Shown in pieces: positions 11,652-25,436 of a stretch of DNA of 64,000 nt; within the stretch, counting starts at the first letter, position 1, and the number at the start of each line of letters is the position of its first letter. A program made the translations under genes and the position numbers. Source of the stretch: Camelus dromedarius. Lineage: Eukaryota. The DNA is taken from assembly GCF_036321535.1 (NCBI RefSeq), contig NC_087437.1:7006001-7070000 (forward strand), in the 5' to 3' direction. Below the pieces are notes generated by a model, which was not told where the DNA came from, did not search any database, and saw only the letters and a list, made by a program, of their open reading frames with translations.

Positions 11652-13667
11652 GGATTCCATGATTAAACAATCACTGCTGTCAGGAGGATTTCCTCTCTTG
11701 TGCATTTTTTCAAGTTGTTTTGACCTCTAAGTAATAGAAGCTGGTTCTGAGCTTAAGCACTAAGAGGAAAGCACACTGGGGCTCTTCAGAGAATCCAGTC
11801 AGGTATGCTTGAGGGAACCCAGTCAGTCTTCTTTCTCTGTATCTCTTCTTTGTCTTTCTGCCTTGTGGCCATCCAGCTCTCTCCTCTCCTCAGTTACGTG
11901 GCAGAACATGGTTGCTGGCTGTTCTTGAGCCCTGGGTGTTCCGTTTGAATCATCCAGAGAAAGGACCATCTTAATGTCCTTCACAGTTTTCAGGGAAGAG
12001 TCTGATCAGTTGTCCCACTTGAGTCCATGACCACACTTAGTCCAATAAACTGTGACAAGAGGAAAGGCAGTATTTAAAGAAGCATAGAAAACCTCTCATC
12101 CACAGGAATGTAGGATAAAAAGAAATTGCATTCTAGTTAATATTCGCTCCACATTTCCTCTTTATTAGACAAGGGACAGAGTTGATGAAAATTTTGTACT
12201 GGATCAGTTTTTCCTATGGCTACAACTTTTGGTGTATCTCTTTGGTTACCTAACATTAGCATCTCTGTATTTCTACAAGTTGACTGATATATATTAAGGA
12301 CCATAAATGAAATCAGTCCATTTTAAAAGTGGGCACATTTATTTGTAAATTATTAGCCAAGATCTATCCAAATGCAGACATGCTTTGTTCTAGTCTGGAT
12401 ATACAATAAAATTAATTTAAATAACTTTAATCAGCTTCTAAAACAGCAAATTTCAAGACTATTAGGTTAACTTTAAGAACTCATATTTATTGAGTTAACA
12501 GATGGTAAATTAAAAAACAATGAAGTTAATTTTTAAAATCATTCATTGAATTAGAAAAACAGACATTTAACAAAACTGTTTTTAAGCTAGTTTTTTCCAT
12601 CCCAATATACATATTTGAAGGGACTTCTGCAAAGACACTGAATGAGTTGCAATATATGAACACATTCTTCCACTGGATTATTTTTTTTTAGAGGCTTTGA
12701 AACCATCTGAAAAATAACTTTATGTATCAACAATAGCAACGTATGAAATAAGCATATTCCAGATATTGGAATGAAGAGTCTGCTTCATCACGTATGTACT
12801 GTAGCATGTTTCTGTGGCCTTCTGTGTTGCTGGCCCTGACATACCTTAGGAGTTGCCTGTGCTCACAGAGTAACTGTTACTCCTGGCCAGAATTACATTT
12901 CTGCGTTTCAATGGTCAAGACATGAGTTTTCCCTTTGATGGCTTCTTGGGCCTTATGCACCAATGACTTGAAATATATGAGCATCACAAAAATGGTCTCC
13001 TTTGTTCTTTTTTTGTTTTCTCCTTTGCTTTCATTGTAAGTGCTAGAAGCTGACTCCGTAAGCTTACAGGAAAAGGGGAATTTTGTGGAAGTACTTTGAA
13101 AGCATGCGAGCTTTTCCTCTGTGGATAGAATTGAGGATAACATCACTAATATGTTAAGATGTATCATTTGCATTTTACTGGCTGTTTAGAACTGGAGTTA
13201 TACCTGTGGAAGGGAAGTTATTCCATAAAAATATTTGGGATAAATGTGTTTGAATGGCTGGTTGCTCGCTTGGTGTTAGAGTCCTTTTCTCACCTCGGAT
13301 AGTTGCAAATTGTAATATTTATTTTATGGTCCTAGAAACTCCTTGTCTAAAATCTGGTCTTACTTTACATCATAAGTCTTAACATTACTGAGTCAGAATT
13401 ATTGAGAACTGTATTTAAAGGTTTTTTTTTTTTTTTACTTAAAGCAACATAGATTTATTTCTTGTTCATGTTACACGTTCTTTTCTGGTTAGCTAGGGAT
13501 TCTGCACCACGACATCTGTACATCATGACTAAAGTCACTTTTCTGGTTAATCAATGTAACATGAGCATGTTCCATAGCATAAAATAATATTTTATGTCAT
13601 CTATTATGTAGATACACCGTAACTTTCTTAACAAGGCCCCAGTCATTGCATCTAAGATGGTTTCATC

Positions 13668-13755
13668 ATTTTATTTATTTTTGTATTGAAGTATAGTTGA
13701 TTTACAATGTTGTGTTAATAGTGATTCGTTTATACATATGTATTCTTTTCCATTG
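13668..13755 (-). mobile_element. Short young L1 3' end
   Basis: ttgaagtatagttgatttacaatgttgtgtta motif. Confidence 0.75.
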
Positions 13756-13999
13756 GTTTTGATAGAAACATTTATTAGTTGTAATTTAGTTAAAAAGAGA
13801 TATATAAAAGCACATTATTATTGAAATGACTGTAGTAAAAATTATCTCATTATTGTGCATTTGAAACTATTTAGCCCTTAGCCCCATTTGTCCTTGAAGT
13901 AATTGTTTTTATAAAACCTTTTGATAACATGTGGCTTCTAAGGAATGCAGTTGATGCTGATGGCTAAATATTGGGTTTTTTTTTTTTTAACTAAAGAAG

Positions 14000-16900
14000 C
14001 AATGTTTTCAAGAAAATAATTCTGAAAAGGCAGTTTTAAAATTTTTAAATGAAGATTCTGTAACTAATGATCACAATGTGGAAAGAGAAGATGGAAAAAA
14101 CAAAAACATTAGAAGTTGTTTCTTTATCTTTAAATCATTGGATAAGAATGCATTTAAGGATAGTTGTGAAATTTTTAATATAGGTACTAGTTGAATGGGA
14201 GACAGTATTTTTTAAGTAATTGTGGAAGATAAAAGTAAACAAAACATAGTTCATGCAAAAGACAAGATGGAAAGAAAACAATTAGGAGTTATTGAAAAGA
14301 AGAATGTATAAGTCCAATCAAGCTTAAAAATTATGACAAGTATAAATGGCTTAAATTTCCCCATTCAAATGGAAAGATCTTCACATTAAATTAAAATGAA
14401 AGTCTTATGATTTGGTGATGCTTAAAGAATCATACTTAAAGAAGAAATGACATGAAAATACTTTTTAAAAGGGCAAAGACTTTCCAGCGCAACATGCCCA
14501 CATCTAAATCAGATATAACAATAATGAATATTAAGCAAAGCAGAATTTCTGTCAAAAAGCAGTAAATAAAGACAAAGAGGACTGATTTATAATCATTTAA
14601 TAATGTAATATTAGTGAAGGAATATGGTACTGAAAAATTATGCATTAAATCATGTTAAACAAAAAATAATTTATACATGCTGTTTTTAATGCAGTAGAAC
14701 TCACCATAGCAAAATAATGAAAGTAATGTGTATTCAAGCCATGCAAAAGTTTACAAAATTAGAAACTCTACTAACGAAATATTTCATATTAATAGGTTAA
14801 ATAAGGAAAAGAAGTAAATGATTACTTTAACAGACTGTGTTTCGAAGCATTGGATAAAATTTAATACCTATCCTGATTCAATGGTAAAAAGGAAAAATAA
14901 ACTGTTTCTTCAATATGATGATAAATATTTTCAACTAAGAGTCAACATTAAAATTAATGTAAAAATACTAGAAATGTATATGTGGTATAATGATTTTGCC
15001 ATAGTGCTTTTATTAAATGTTATGTTAAAAGCCCTGATCAATATAATAAAACACACTAAAGAAAGAAGGACTATACAGAGTGAAAAAAGAAAAACATTAT
15101 CATTATATACTGGGAAATATTTTTATAGCTTGGAAACCCCAAGAAGGGAATGAAAATATGAATAGACTTAATAAATTAATAAAAAGTGAAGACATATGAA
15201 TATTAACATAAATCAAGAGTATTTCTAAATGTTGCAACCGTGAACTCAAACATAGCCATTTAAAGAGATTAACTTTATAAGAGCAACAAGATATACAAAG
15301 TTCTATGATCAGTTTTAAACAGAAAGATGTTGCCTATCCAAATAAAACTTTTAGGAGCCATGGAAATATTAAATTAAACAAAAGACTGGTTTCTGGTTTA
15401 AAAGAGAACATATTTTTAAATTGTTAATTTTTTCAAAGTATTGATTTAATGAGGAATCTAATGACAATCTCTTGTTTTTCATATTTTGAGATAATGATGA
15501 GAGCAACTTGATTTTGACATAAACCTGGAAAATAAAGTAGGCAAGAATAGCAGAAATCAGTTTTGAGAAAGAAGAATAATGAGGAAAGACTAGTCTTATC
15601 AAATTTTAAAATTGATTATAGAGTTATAATACTTAAAACCATGTGATACAGGCACCAACATACATAGATTAATGAGGCAAAATATACTGTCAAAATAAAT
15701 TATGTTTTGTATAATAATTAAATATTCAGTAATTTCAGGATACAAATCAATAGAGAATGTCTTACAATACGTGGACTGATTAACAGTTTTGAAAACATCA
15801 ATTTATACACTCATCACACACATATAGTAAGTTAACAAAACTCAAACCTTAGAAAGTCCAAAGGGACTTGTTTCGTATAGGATTAGAATACTGTAACTAA
15901 TTGCAAAGTGAAAGATAAAATGGATTTGATTATATTAAAGCAACAATAAAACAAACAGTAGCCTAGGTGCAATTATTTAAACATAACAGAAAGGGTTAAT
16001 GTGATTATTACACAGAAGCTCATGCAAACTCATAATAACACAGCTGAGAACTGGTACGTGAGATAAGAATAGAAACACATTTAACTAATATATGAAATAA
16101 GACTAAAATCACATTTCACAAAAGATGAAATATAACACATTTGCAAACATAAAATAAATTCAGCTTTACTAATAACCAAATGAATATCCACTAAAACAAA
16201 AATGTTATATTTTGGTTTAATCAATTATTTTTTAAATGAATATCAGGGATTTACATTCCCAGCTGTTGCAGAGTATTTTCATTTAGATCAGCTCATCCTC
16301 TGAGAGCAAGTAGAAAAGCTGGATAAAATCTAGCAAATATTTGTTTAAAGGCATCAGAGAGCTTCAAGGTGGAGAGGGCTTGAGAGGCCAAGAACCCAGA
16401 GAGCTAGGAATTCAAGAGAGAGCTCACTTACATAACTACCTGTCAGAAGCTAAAGTAAAACATCACTTGACAATAGATCATCCAAAGGCTCAAATTATCT
16501 CTATAAGTTTCCATATGCAGCATCTGGCATTCAATAAAATTACCAGGCATACCAGCAGACAAGATAAAATGACCAAAAACAGACCTACAGGCGATCTGGA
16601 TGCAGGAGTAACAGACTTTAAAATATCCATGATTAATAAAGAAATTAAGTGAGAAGATGGACAATTTTGGCATGTTACTGGGAACTGTGATAAAAATCAG
16701 ATGGAAATTCCAGAACTGAGAAATTAAAAACTCAATAGATGGGCTTAAGAGCAGATTAGAAGAGCTGGAGAATAGATTGCTAAGCTGGAAGGCAAAACCA
16801 ATAGAAAATTTAATGTTAATATGCAAAGTCAGTAAGGGTACATTGAGAAATGGTTTCTGCTTACATAAATGGTAGCATATAAACCTATATAACACTTTTT

Positions 16901-17480
16901 GGAAATACTCTGGCAACATAAATCAGATATTAGAACAAAAAAAAAGGTGTTTATATCTTTTGACCAAGTAAACTTATGTCTGGGAATATCTATTAAGAAA
17001 ATATTATTTTTAAAATGTGAATTGCTTTATGTATGATGATGTTCACGGCAGACTTACTTATGATAGTAATAACTGTGTGCAGGTAATATTTTAATCCACA
17101 CAGTCAAGCCTTACAAAAACCCAAGGAAGTGGAGGCAGTTACTTTTCATTTCCTCATTTTATAGATGAGAAAACTGAGACATTTAGAGGTCAAGTAGCTT
17201 ACTCAGGATTGTGTAGCTAGTGAATAGAGAAGTGAGGATTTGAACTTGGCTGTCTACGTGCACAGCCTGCCCTTTAATCTCTTCTGGGCTGTTGTAACCA
17301 ACCTCAAGAGGTAACAACTGAGACTTGCCAAACAAGTCCGGTCTCCCCAGTCTACGCAGTATGACACAGGTGCTAAAAATGAACACCCATGAACTCTTTA
17401 GTGACATAGGAAATAGTTCTGATATACTGTGAAGAGAAAAAAAAAAATCATAGAACTACAGCAAATCAAAAAATTTACAT
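14000..17480 (+). mobile_element. Highly decayed ancient L1M (ORF2 remnants, possibly composite, interrupted by MIR)
   Basis: A-rich strand asymmetry and remnants such as aatggcttaaatttcccc (EN domain N-term); L1 5'/ORF1-like piece at ~16240-16830. Confidence 0.65.
17150..17280 (-). mobile_element. MIR SINE
   Basis: cattttatagatgagaaaactgag...aggatttgaac antisense MIR core. Confidence 0.75.
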
Positions 17481-17719
17481 ATAAATATGACTGAAAGCAA
17501 ATATTCCCAAAGGCTAACATTAATTCTGTGAGGTTAGTAGCACTTTTCTTCCATTTCTTTTCTTCTGTTTCTCATTTTCTCAAATTGTTAATGATTTAAA
17601 TTTTTAAAAATATAAATATTAAATATTTAATTTAATAATATTAAATATTTAACAATATCTGTTCCTTATATTCAAAAATATATACCATTATTTATATATT
17701 TGAAAAAACCTATAAAGTA

Positions 17720-17945
17720 TATTGGTTAAGAGCCTGGACTCTGGAGCCAGCCTGCCTGTGTCACCACTTACTAGGCGTGTGATGATGGACAAGTTGTTGA
17801 ACTTTTGTTTCTAAGTTTATCCTGTAAAATGAGGATGATTATAGTACCTACCTCATCAGTTGATTGGGAGGATTAATATACTTTAAATGTATTTAGAACA
17901 CTGGGTGGAACTTAAATATGTAAGCACCGTCTACTATTATTATTG
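17720..17945 (+). mobile_element. MIR SINE
   Basis: ggttaagagcctggactctggagccag...ctgtaaaatgaggatgattatagtacctacctca. Confidence 0.85.
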
Positions 17946-18792
17946 TTATTTTACAAATAAACCTCATTGTGCTACAGCTCCTTAGGGACTGGACAAAAAT
18001 GACATTTCCCTCTAGCCGGTCCTTAGATAGCAACAAGTTTTGTTTCTGTATGTAGATCGTTCTTCGTCCTTACTATGAATTCCCCAGTGCAGAGATTTCT
18101 AGGAACCTACCTACCACTTGTTGTAGGGGGCACTTTTGAACTCTTTCCAAGAAAGATTGACAAAAATCAAACGTCTGTTTTTTATTTTCAAGAAGCATAG
18201 TCTCTCTGCTTGTGTCGTATCTCTGAGGACATGTACATGAGTGATTGAAACTGCTCATTGAAGCCAATATTACCATTGATATTAATATCACCAGCCCTGA
18301 ATTAGAGAAAATATTTATCTGCTGCCTCCATTTCACCTTTCTCTAGATGCATGACTTTTTCCCAGCTCCCTGATCTGACAATAGAAAGCTGTTTAAGAAA
18401 TAGGACTTTTGTTGTGACTTGATTTTTCCAAATTGAACACCCTAGGGGACCTGAAGGTGTGCTTTGAAACTTTATTCCACTTGGCAGATCCCCAAAGTTT
18501 GGAAGATTTTGGTAGAATTTCTTATTACTTGAGACAGTTTCAGTGAAAGCAAAAACAAAAACAGAACAAACAAACAAAAAACCCCTCAAACAACTGTTAA
18601 GATGCCAGGATTTATTAACTGTCTTAATGGCTAACGAACGAAATGGTAAAACCTTATAATAACCCCTCACAATTATACTGACAGGTGTTTGCCAGGTAAA
18701 ATATTGCAGGACCTGTAAGAGGAAAGGATACAAATTGGTATTTTATACCCTTGGGAGAGCAGTCACCTTCAATGAGTCTGTTTGGTTTTCAG

Positions 18793-18855
18793 GATGTTGC
18801 TGGCCTCTGCTCTTGTAAGACTTCTGCTGCGGAACCCAGGCGTGAACCCTCCTAG
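18793..18855 (+). other. Candidate 63-nt internal exon of the plus-strand transcript
   Basis: Acceptor ctgtttggttttcag| and donor TAG|GTGAGT; slightly GC-richer than its flanks. Confidence 0.4.
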
Positions 18856-19489
18856 GTGAGTTAACCATTTCCTTAATGCTTCTGTCTCTTACCTGCCTCT
18901 GTCCGGGTTCTATGACATTCATTAATAACGTCCTTTGGTTAAACTCTGTAATAATTCACAGCTCTATAATATGGGAAATGTTAACAAACTGCTTCAATGT
19001 CTGAGTTTTCCATTTTTGCTAAAGTTATTCCTTTTGGGGTTATTTATGAAAGCGTCTCTAGGTTTATCTACCCCACACCCACTTTATTCCAGGATTTACC
19101 CTAAACTTTTCACATTCTCTTTTCTAATAGTCATGTTCTATTATAACACATATCACTTGTCATGGCAGATTTACTAAGTCACAAGCCAGCATTTCACAAG
19201 TAATGATAACCAGCCACATGAAGAACAAAAAAAGAGTATAGTAATAATGAAATTCCTTTCCTCTTTTGGAAAAGTGGATCAAAGTATTCATGTAACAAGT
19301 GGTGAATCAATGATGGGTCAATTACAAGGTATTATTATTACCTTATTAATAATAAGATGAAAGTGATCTCAAAATTATTGATATAATTTGAACTAATTTC
19401 TTATAGAGATAGATGCCAGACAATTTATTATTCTTATAATATAATTGGAGGTGATTTCATGTGTTCATATTACCACATAAAATTCAATG

Positions 19490-19675
19490 GAATTGAGTTT
19501 GGTCCTCTCTGCAATAGGTCATCAATATCTGGACTTGGAGAAAATTTCTAAACAATTCTGGGCTTCAGTGTCTTCAGTTGAAAATAAGAACAATAGTAAT
19601 TGTCTACAAGGTTATGAAAGCAAAATGTCATCACCTAAAACACCTGGCGCCCAGCAGTCACTCAGTGAATGCTAG
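19490..19675 (+). mobile_element. MIR SINE remnant
   Basis: Degenerate MIR core and tail (cctggcgcccagcagtcactcag). Confidence 0.55.
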
Positions 19676-19996
19676 TTTTCCCCATCCCTGTTTATGGAGC
19701 TAGGAGTTAAAGAGACAACACACAATTCTGCTTTTGTCTTCAAACACATTCTTCATTGATTGTCTTATGAATATAACCATTGACTCAGAAAGTAGGTGAA
19801 ATCTTCATCTCTCTGATTTTTGTTCATTTCATACTTTAATGAGCAGCTACTATAAGATAAGAACTGACTGCTTTGGGAGACAAAAAGAAGAGTGAAATAT
19901 TGATCCTATTCTCAAGGAGATTAGCATCTAGAAATGGAGGTTATATTTTTTTTAAATGCCAGTAGAGAAACAATAAAGTACTATCTTCATAAGAAG

Positions 19997-20605
19997 TTTT
20001 TTTTTTTTAACTGAAGTATACTTGATTTACAATGTTGTGTTAGTTTCTGGTGTCCAGCAAAGTGATTCAGATATACATACATGTATGTTTACATTTTTTT
20101 CCTTTTCAGATTCTTTTCCATTATAGTTTATTACATGATATTAAGTATAGTTCCCTGAGCTATACAGCAGGTCCTTGTTGTTTATCTACTTTATGTATAG
20201 TAGTTTGTATCTGCTAATTCTAATCTCCTATTTTATCCCTCCCCCCACCTTTCCCCTTTGGTAGCCATAAGTTTTTTTCCCTATGTCTGTGAGTCAATTT
20301 CTGTTTTGTAAATAAGTTCATTTGTACTGTATTTTAGATTTCGCGTATAAGTGATATCATATGATATTTGTCTTTCTGTGTGTAACTTACTTCACTTAAT
20401 GTGGTAATATCTAGGTCCATCCATGTTGCTGCAAATGGCGTAATTTCATTCTTTTTTATGGCTGAAAATATTCCACTGCATATATATCACAACTTCTTTA
20501 TCCAGTCATCTGTCGATGGACATTTAGGTTGCTTCCATGTCTTGGCTATTGTAAATAGTGCTGCTGTGAACATTGAGGTGCATGTGTCTTTTCTAATTAG
20601 AGTTT
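19997..20605 (-). mobile_element. Young L1 3' end (~0.6 kb) inserted into an L2 remnant
   Basis: Typical L1 3'UTR/ORF2-end antisense sequence (ccatccatgttgctgcaaatggc...ggacatttaggttgcttcc). Confidence 0.9.
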
Positions 20606-21154
20606 CCTAGAAGGAGAAATTATTTTAACTAGGATTATCAGGGAAGGCTTCATGGAGGTGGTAGGGACTGGGCTTTAAAGAAGGGGTAAAATTTGGACAG
20701 CAGGAAGGGAGAGAATACAAGTAGCCAAGACTCAAGTTGTGGAATTGGGTGGAAACAACATTGACCTGGGACTGGAAAGACCTGGGTTGGCATTACCTTG
20801 GATGAACCACTTCTTCAGTTTCTTCATCTGTGAAATGTGTGAAATGATCTGTACCTGTTGGTCTTTCAGGGCTCTGGAGAAGATCCAATGGGAGATGCAG
20901 AAACTCTTTGGAAACCTTGAAGCACTCTGTAAATGAAAAGGGTAAACTTTTTCTTCTCTTAATACCATAAACTTCATGAGGGCCAGTCATGTTGGTTTTT
21001 TAAAAAGTTAAAGATACTTCTAATGAAGTATATCAAAAAATCATATTGTAAACCTTAAATGTTTATAATTTTTGTCAATTACACCTCAATAAAACTGGAG
21101 GGGGAAGTTTGATAGGGTAATGAACCATTGATTGAATGAATGAATTCATGAGCA

Positions 21155-21462
21155 TTCTGGACTAAATGTCTGTGTCCCCCCAAATTTGTATGTTGAAACC
21201 CCAAACCCCAATGTGGTGGTTATCAGGAGGTGGGGCCTTTGGGAAGTAATTAGGTTTAGATGAAGTCATGAGGGTGGGGCCCCATGATGGAATTAGTGCT
21301 ATTACAAGAAGAGGAAGAGACCCAAGGCAAGACAAGAAGAGGGTCCTCACCAAGAACTCAATCTACTGGCACCTTGATCTTGGACTTCCCAGCCTCTGGA
21401 ACTGAGAAATAAATGTCTGTTGTGTAAGCCACCCAGTTTATGGTATTTTTTTCTAGCTAAGG
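21155..21462. mobile_element. MaLR LTR (MLT1A-like)
   Basis: tgtgtccccccaaatttgtatgttgaaacc...ggtggggcctttgggaagtaattagg...gacttcccagcctctggaactgagaaataaat. Confidence 0.85.
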
Positions 21463-21630
21463 CAGTAAGTGAGTGAATAAATGAATGAAACAGAGCAAAG
21501 GCACAGAGTAGGAAGGCATATAGTATGAATGGGGAATAAAAGGCTATCTTTGAAAACACGTGCTGTGGTTGGGTGTTAGGAACATAACCTGTGGCTGGAT
21601 GCAGTGGGTCCACTAGGCTGGTAGGTCTTG

Positions 21631-21800
21631 GAGTGTGGTCTGTGAACCAGCAGCATCTGTGTCCCCTGGGAACTTGTTAGAAATGCGAATTTCTGGGCTC
21701 CCACCCAGGCTTTAACTAAATCTGAAACTCAGGGGCGGGGCCAGCAATCTGTAATTTAGCCATTCCTCCGGGTCATTCAGATGCATGCTAAAGTTTTGAC
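21631..21800. mobile_element. MER5A-like hAT DNA transposon
   Basis: ccagcagcatc...ctgggaacttgttagaaatgc...gatgcatgctaaagttt. Confidence 0.8.
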
Positions 21801-22639
21801 TTTGTACTAACAGGGACAGTTCGGGAACTATTCTGCTGGAAATTCAGTGTTAATGAAGGTTTCTAGCTGTGGATGGACAGAATCAGAGCTGTATTTCTCA
21901 GATGATGAGGCATGAGATTGTGCTTAAAAGAATTCATGGCTTCAACAGGCACAGGACAGCTGGAAATCCTGGAAAACATGTATTCGCGAAGCCTCAAAGT
22001 TGAAGATTTTGGTTTTTCATAGTTTCAGTTAACAGCCAACATCACCTAAGAAGCAAAGCAGGGCAGGCACTGCTCCCAGGCACTGGGCAAAGCTACTTGG
22101 TTTCCAGGGACCACGGCGGATGAGAATGTTTATGTGAAAGCACAGGAGTGAACAGTCAGATAGGGGCCTGGCTGATCTCGGGGAGGGCTCTTAGACCTGA
22201 CTAACTGTGGGGAAACCTTCAATGGAACCTTCCAAACCAAGTTAAATGGACTGCTCTTCCTAGACTGAGCTAACTAAATATATGGGGTGCACATGCGACT
22301 CTGTCTTCAGGGCTGGTGGAGACAGGTCTGCCAAAAGAGAGGGCGTGATATGGAGGAGAAAAGAAGAGCCTCAAGGGAAAACATTCATCTTAAGAAGCAA
22401 GAATACAAGGGCCAGATGTGGGGGAAGTTCGGGAGAAGCAGAGTGAGAGCTGTTCAGAATGGTTGGGGGCTGCTGGAATGACCAGTCATCCGGGGTTTGC
22501 CCAGGACTGTGTAGGGGTACCCCAGGACACAGGGTGTCAACCCAGGACAGCTGATCACCCTGTAACTACAGTCCCTCCCGTGTGTTTAAAACCCAGGGAG
22601 AAGACACAGTGAAAGCAGAAAAATTGCAGCTTTAAATCT

Positions 22640-22800
22640 TGTGTCTCAACGTGACTGTCTGCAGACTGGCAACATCAGCATCCCCTGGGAGCTTATCAGA
22701 AATGCAGCTGCTCAGGCCCACCCGAGACCTGCAGGATCAGACCTGCACCAGAACAGGAGCCCCGGCTGGTTTGTACGTGCCTCAGTTTGCAAAAGCCGGT
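22640..22800. mobile_element. MER5-family hAT DNA transposon
   Basis: gcaacatcagcatcccctgggagcttatcagaaatgcag...caggccccaccc. Confidence 0.75.
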
Positions 22801-23123
22801 CTTAGAGGATCCTGGGAGCTCCAGATGGCATCCCCCAGTAAGAGAATGTAGCACTGAGGGAAAAGAAGAGAATTTCTTGGCTGTGATCGGGCTTAGGTCC
22901 AGGTCAACCCGATTCTAAGCCCAAACCATATCAGCCTTACCTGGGAAGGGACACAAGCACCAGGGAAGACGATATACTAGAAGTCACAGAGGGGAAAGGA
23001 CGGTGATCACAAAATAGCCAAGAGGGTCCTCCTGAGCTATTAATAGTTGCAGGGACCATGAGGAAAGCCAGAAATTCAGCAGTCTGTGCGCTGAGAGCAA
23101 AGCTGAAGAAACACTTCTGTTCC

Positions 23124-23606
23124 TGTTGACCGAAAAAATGCGCAACCTAAAATTTGAGAGTTCTGTTTTATTTGGTGGACTTTCTGAGGACTCGAGCCCG
23201 GATGACAGCCTCTCAGATGGCTCTGAGGGTCTGCCCCAAAGAGGCACAGGAGGAGCCGATATACGGGAATTCTGTTGCAAAGACCAGGTAGTCAGACTAT
23301 CAAAAGATTACTGTTAATTAAAAAAAAAAGTTATCTCATGTTTAAGAATTTAGCGCTTTCTTATGTACGGGAAGGTGCAAAGCTCTGGGCTCACTGAAAT
23401 TGTTCCTTCGGTGCGCACCTAGCTGTCTAGGGCCAGTGTCCTGTTCTTTCCCATCCAGAGTTCCCTCAGTGGGCACTGTAGGGAGTGGCTGCAGAGCCCG
23501 GGCTGCCTGCTTGTCTCCATCCTGAGGGGTCCTCGCTGTCAGGGTCGGTGGTGGCAACTAATGACTTGATGGCCACAGCATCCTCTGTTTCATTTTTTCA
23601 TTCACA
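23124..23606 (-). mobile_element. ERV1 solo LTR (MER41-like)
   Basis: TG...CA termini, 4-bp TSD TTCC (23120-23123 / 23607-23610), minus-strand AATAAA near one end; the body resembles MER41-family LTRs from memory. Confidence 0.75.
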
Positions 23607-23933
23607 TTCCTATTACTGTGATCCTGTTTGGTTAAAACAAGCTGCGCTGGGCTGGGGAATGAGTGATGCTTAGAAATGTGGAGCCCCAACTCCAGAGGTA
23701 AGTTTATGGAGAAGGATTAAAAATCATCCCCACTCAAAGTATTTGGCTTTTAGCATCTGCATATTGCTCCAATATGCAAAGAAAGTTTCATTTTCTTCCT
23801 TTTTCCTGTACCCAGTCTGATCTTTTTTCATGGGCTCCAGGTCTGCATTCTAGCAGGGATAATTTGCACTTAATTAATAGTGTTTCATTTTCCTCCAGCT
23901 CGAACGTAACTCTTTCACTTAAAACATTCTAAC

Positions 23934-24110
23934 CAGTAGCTCTTAAACTCAGATGTGCAGCAGAGTCACCTGGAGGGCTCGTTAAAACACAGATTGCTGG
24001 GTGCACCCTCCAGGGGTTCAGTACACTGGGTGGAGACACAGAAGTTGCGTTTCTAAGGAGTTCCTGGGTGATGCTGATATTGTAGGTCCAAGGAACACAC
24101 GATGACAAGC
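23934..24110. mobile_element. MER5A-like hAT DNA transposon (opposite orientation to the 21631 copy)
   Basis: cagagtcacctggagggctcgttaaaacacagattgctggg...gggtgatgctgat. Confidence 0.8.
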
Positions 24111-24974
24111 TCTTATTCAAAGTAGTCACCATTTTATTCCCATCCAAAGGTGATGATTTCAAAACCATCATCTTTCAGATAGATTGATCAGCCTGTCTGA
24201 TGGATCGTCGGTCAAGTACATGGTCTTCCTGCAGCTGATAAGGATGCAGCCAGTGGTATAAGTAACTCGCCGTGAGAGATTAACACACCTAAACTGGTCT
24301 ACATCTTGTTCACCAAGACTAGTCCACCGATTGCATGCTAAGATGTCATGGCAATGTCCATTTATGATATGAATTTCTAAATATGAACTTACCTGTATTT
24401 CTCTCTCAGAACCACGTTTGCAGCTCTTCTGTAAATACAGTTATTTCCAAATAAACCTAATGAAGGGAAACCTTCACAACCTGGGTCATAAGTGGAATAG
24501 ATATCTGTTCTATGGAAAGAGCTTATGGTCTGCATCCACCTGCTTCATGATATGATAAAAGGGGGAAAGATGGGGCTCGGAGAAAATCTTCTCTTAACAA
24601 ATCTTGGCTTTCAAGTCTCTTATCTTTTGCAGAATAAAATATTTTATTTTGGGTGTTGTAGGCAGAACAGTAACTTTTTCCCTTTCTCTGTACAATCTTG
24701 CTGTAACAAAACGAATCCCCATAACCTGAACAGACAATGAAGGAGGTCTTATACATAGACAGTAGATTAATGTAAATTCCCAGATGATGCTTTGCTGCCA
24801 ATCTCTGAGTACCAAGAACTGGGGCTCTTTCTGAGTTATCTCCTCTTCCTTTGACACTGTAAGCATCGGGAAAGTGCTTACTGGCCAGAGGCTTAAAACA
24901 AATGGGAAATGCACAGTGCCTCTGTAAGTCCAGAAATGAAGTAAAAGTTAAAGAAGAAACACATTAATCAAAAT

Positions 24975-25436
24975 ATGGCATTATTTCATTCTTTTTATGG
25001 CTGAGTAGTATTCCATTGCATTTATACACCACATCTTCTTTGTCTAATCATCTGTTGGTGGACATTTAGGTTGATACCATGCCATTTGCAGCAACATGGA
25101 TGGACCTAGAGATTATCATATTGAGTGAAGTAAGTCAGACAAGGACAGATATCATATGATATCAATTATATGTGGAATCTAAAAAAAAAATGATACAAAT
25201 TCTATTTACAAACCAAAAACAGACTCATGGACATAGAAGACAAACTATGGTTACCAAAGGGGAAAGAGTGGGAAGGGATAAATTAGGGAGTTTGAGATTT
25301 GAGAATGTTAACCACTATATATAATAATAGCCATTAGTGAAAAAGAATAAGAAAATGAATATACGTATAACTGAGACAGGATGCTGTACACCAAAAACTG
25401 ATACATTGTAACTGACTGTACTTCAATTTAAAAAAA
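24975..25436 (+). mobile_element. Young L1 3' end with 5' inversion
   Basis: 24975-~25075 antisense L1, then sense L1 from 25079 (atgccatttgcagcaacatgg) to an A tail. Confidence 0.85.

Noticed and set aside
16341..16919. ORFs of 103 and 158 aa
   Set aside because: They lie within decayed L1 sequence and lack a coherent splice or coding signal
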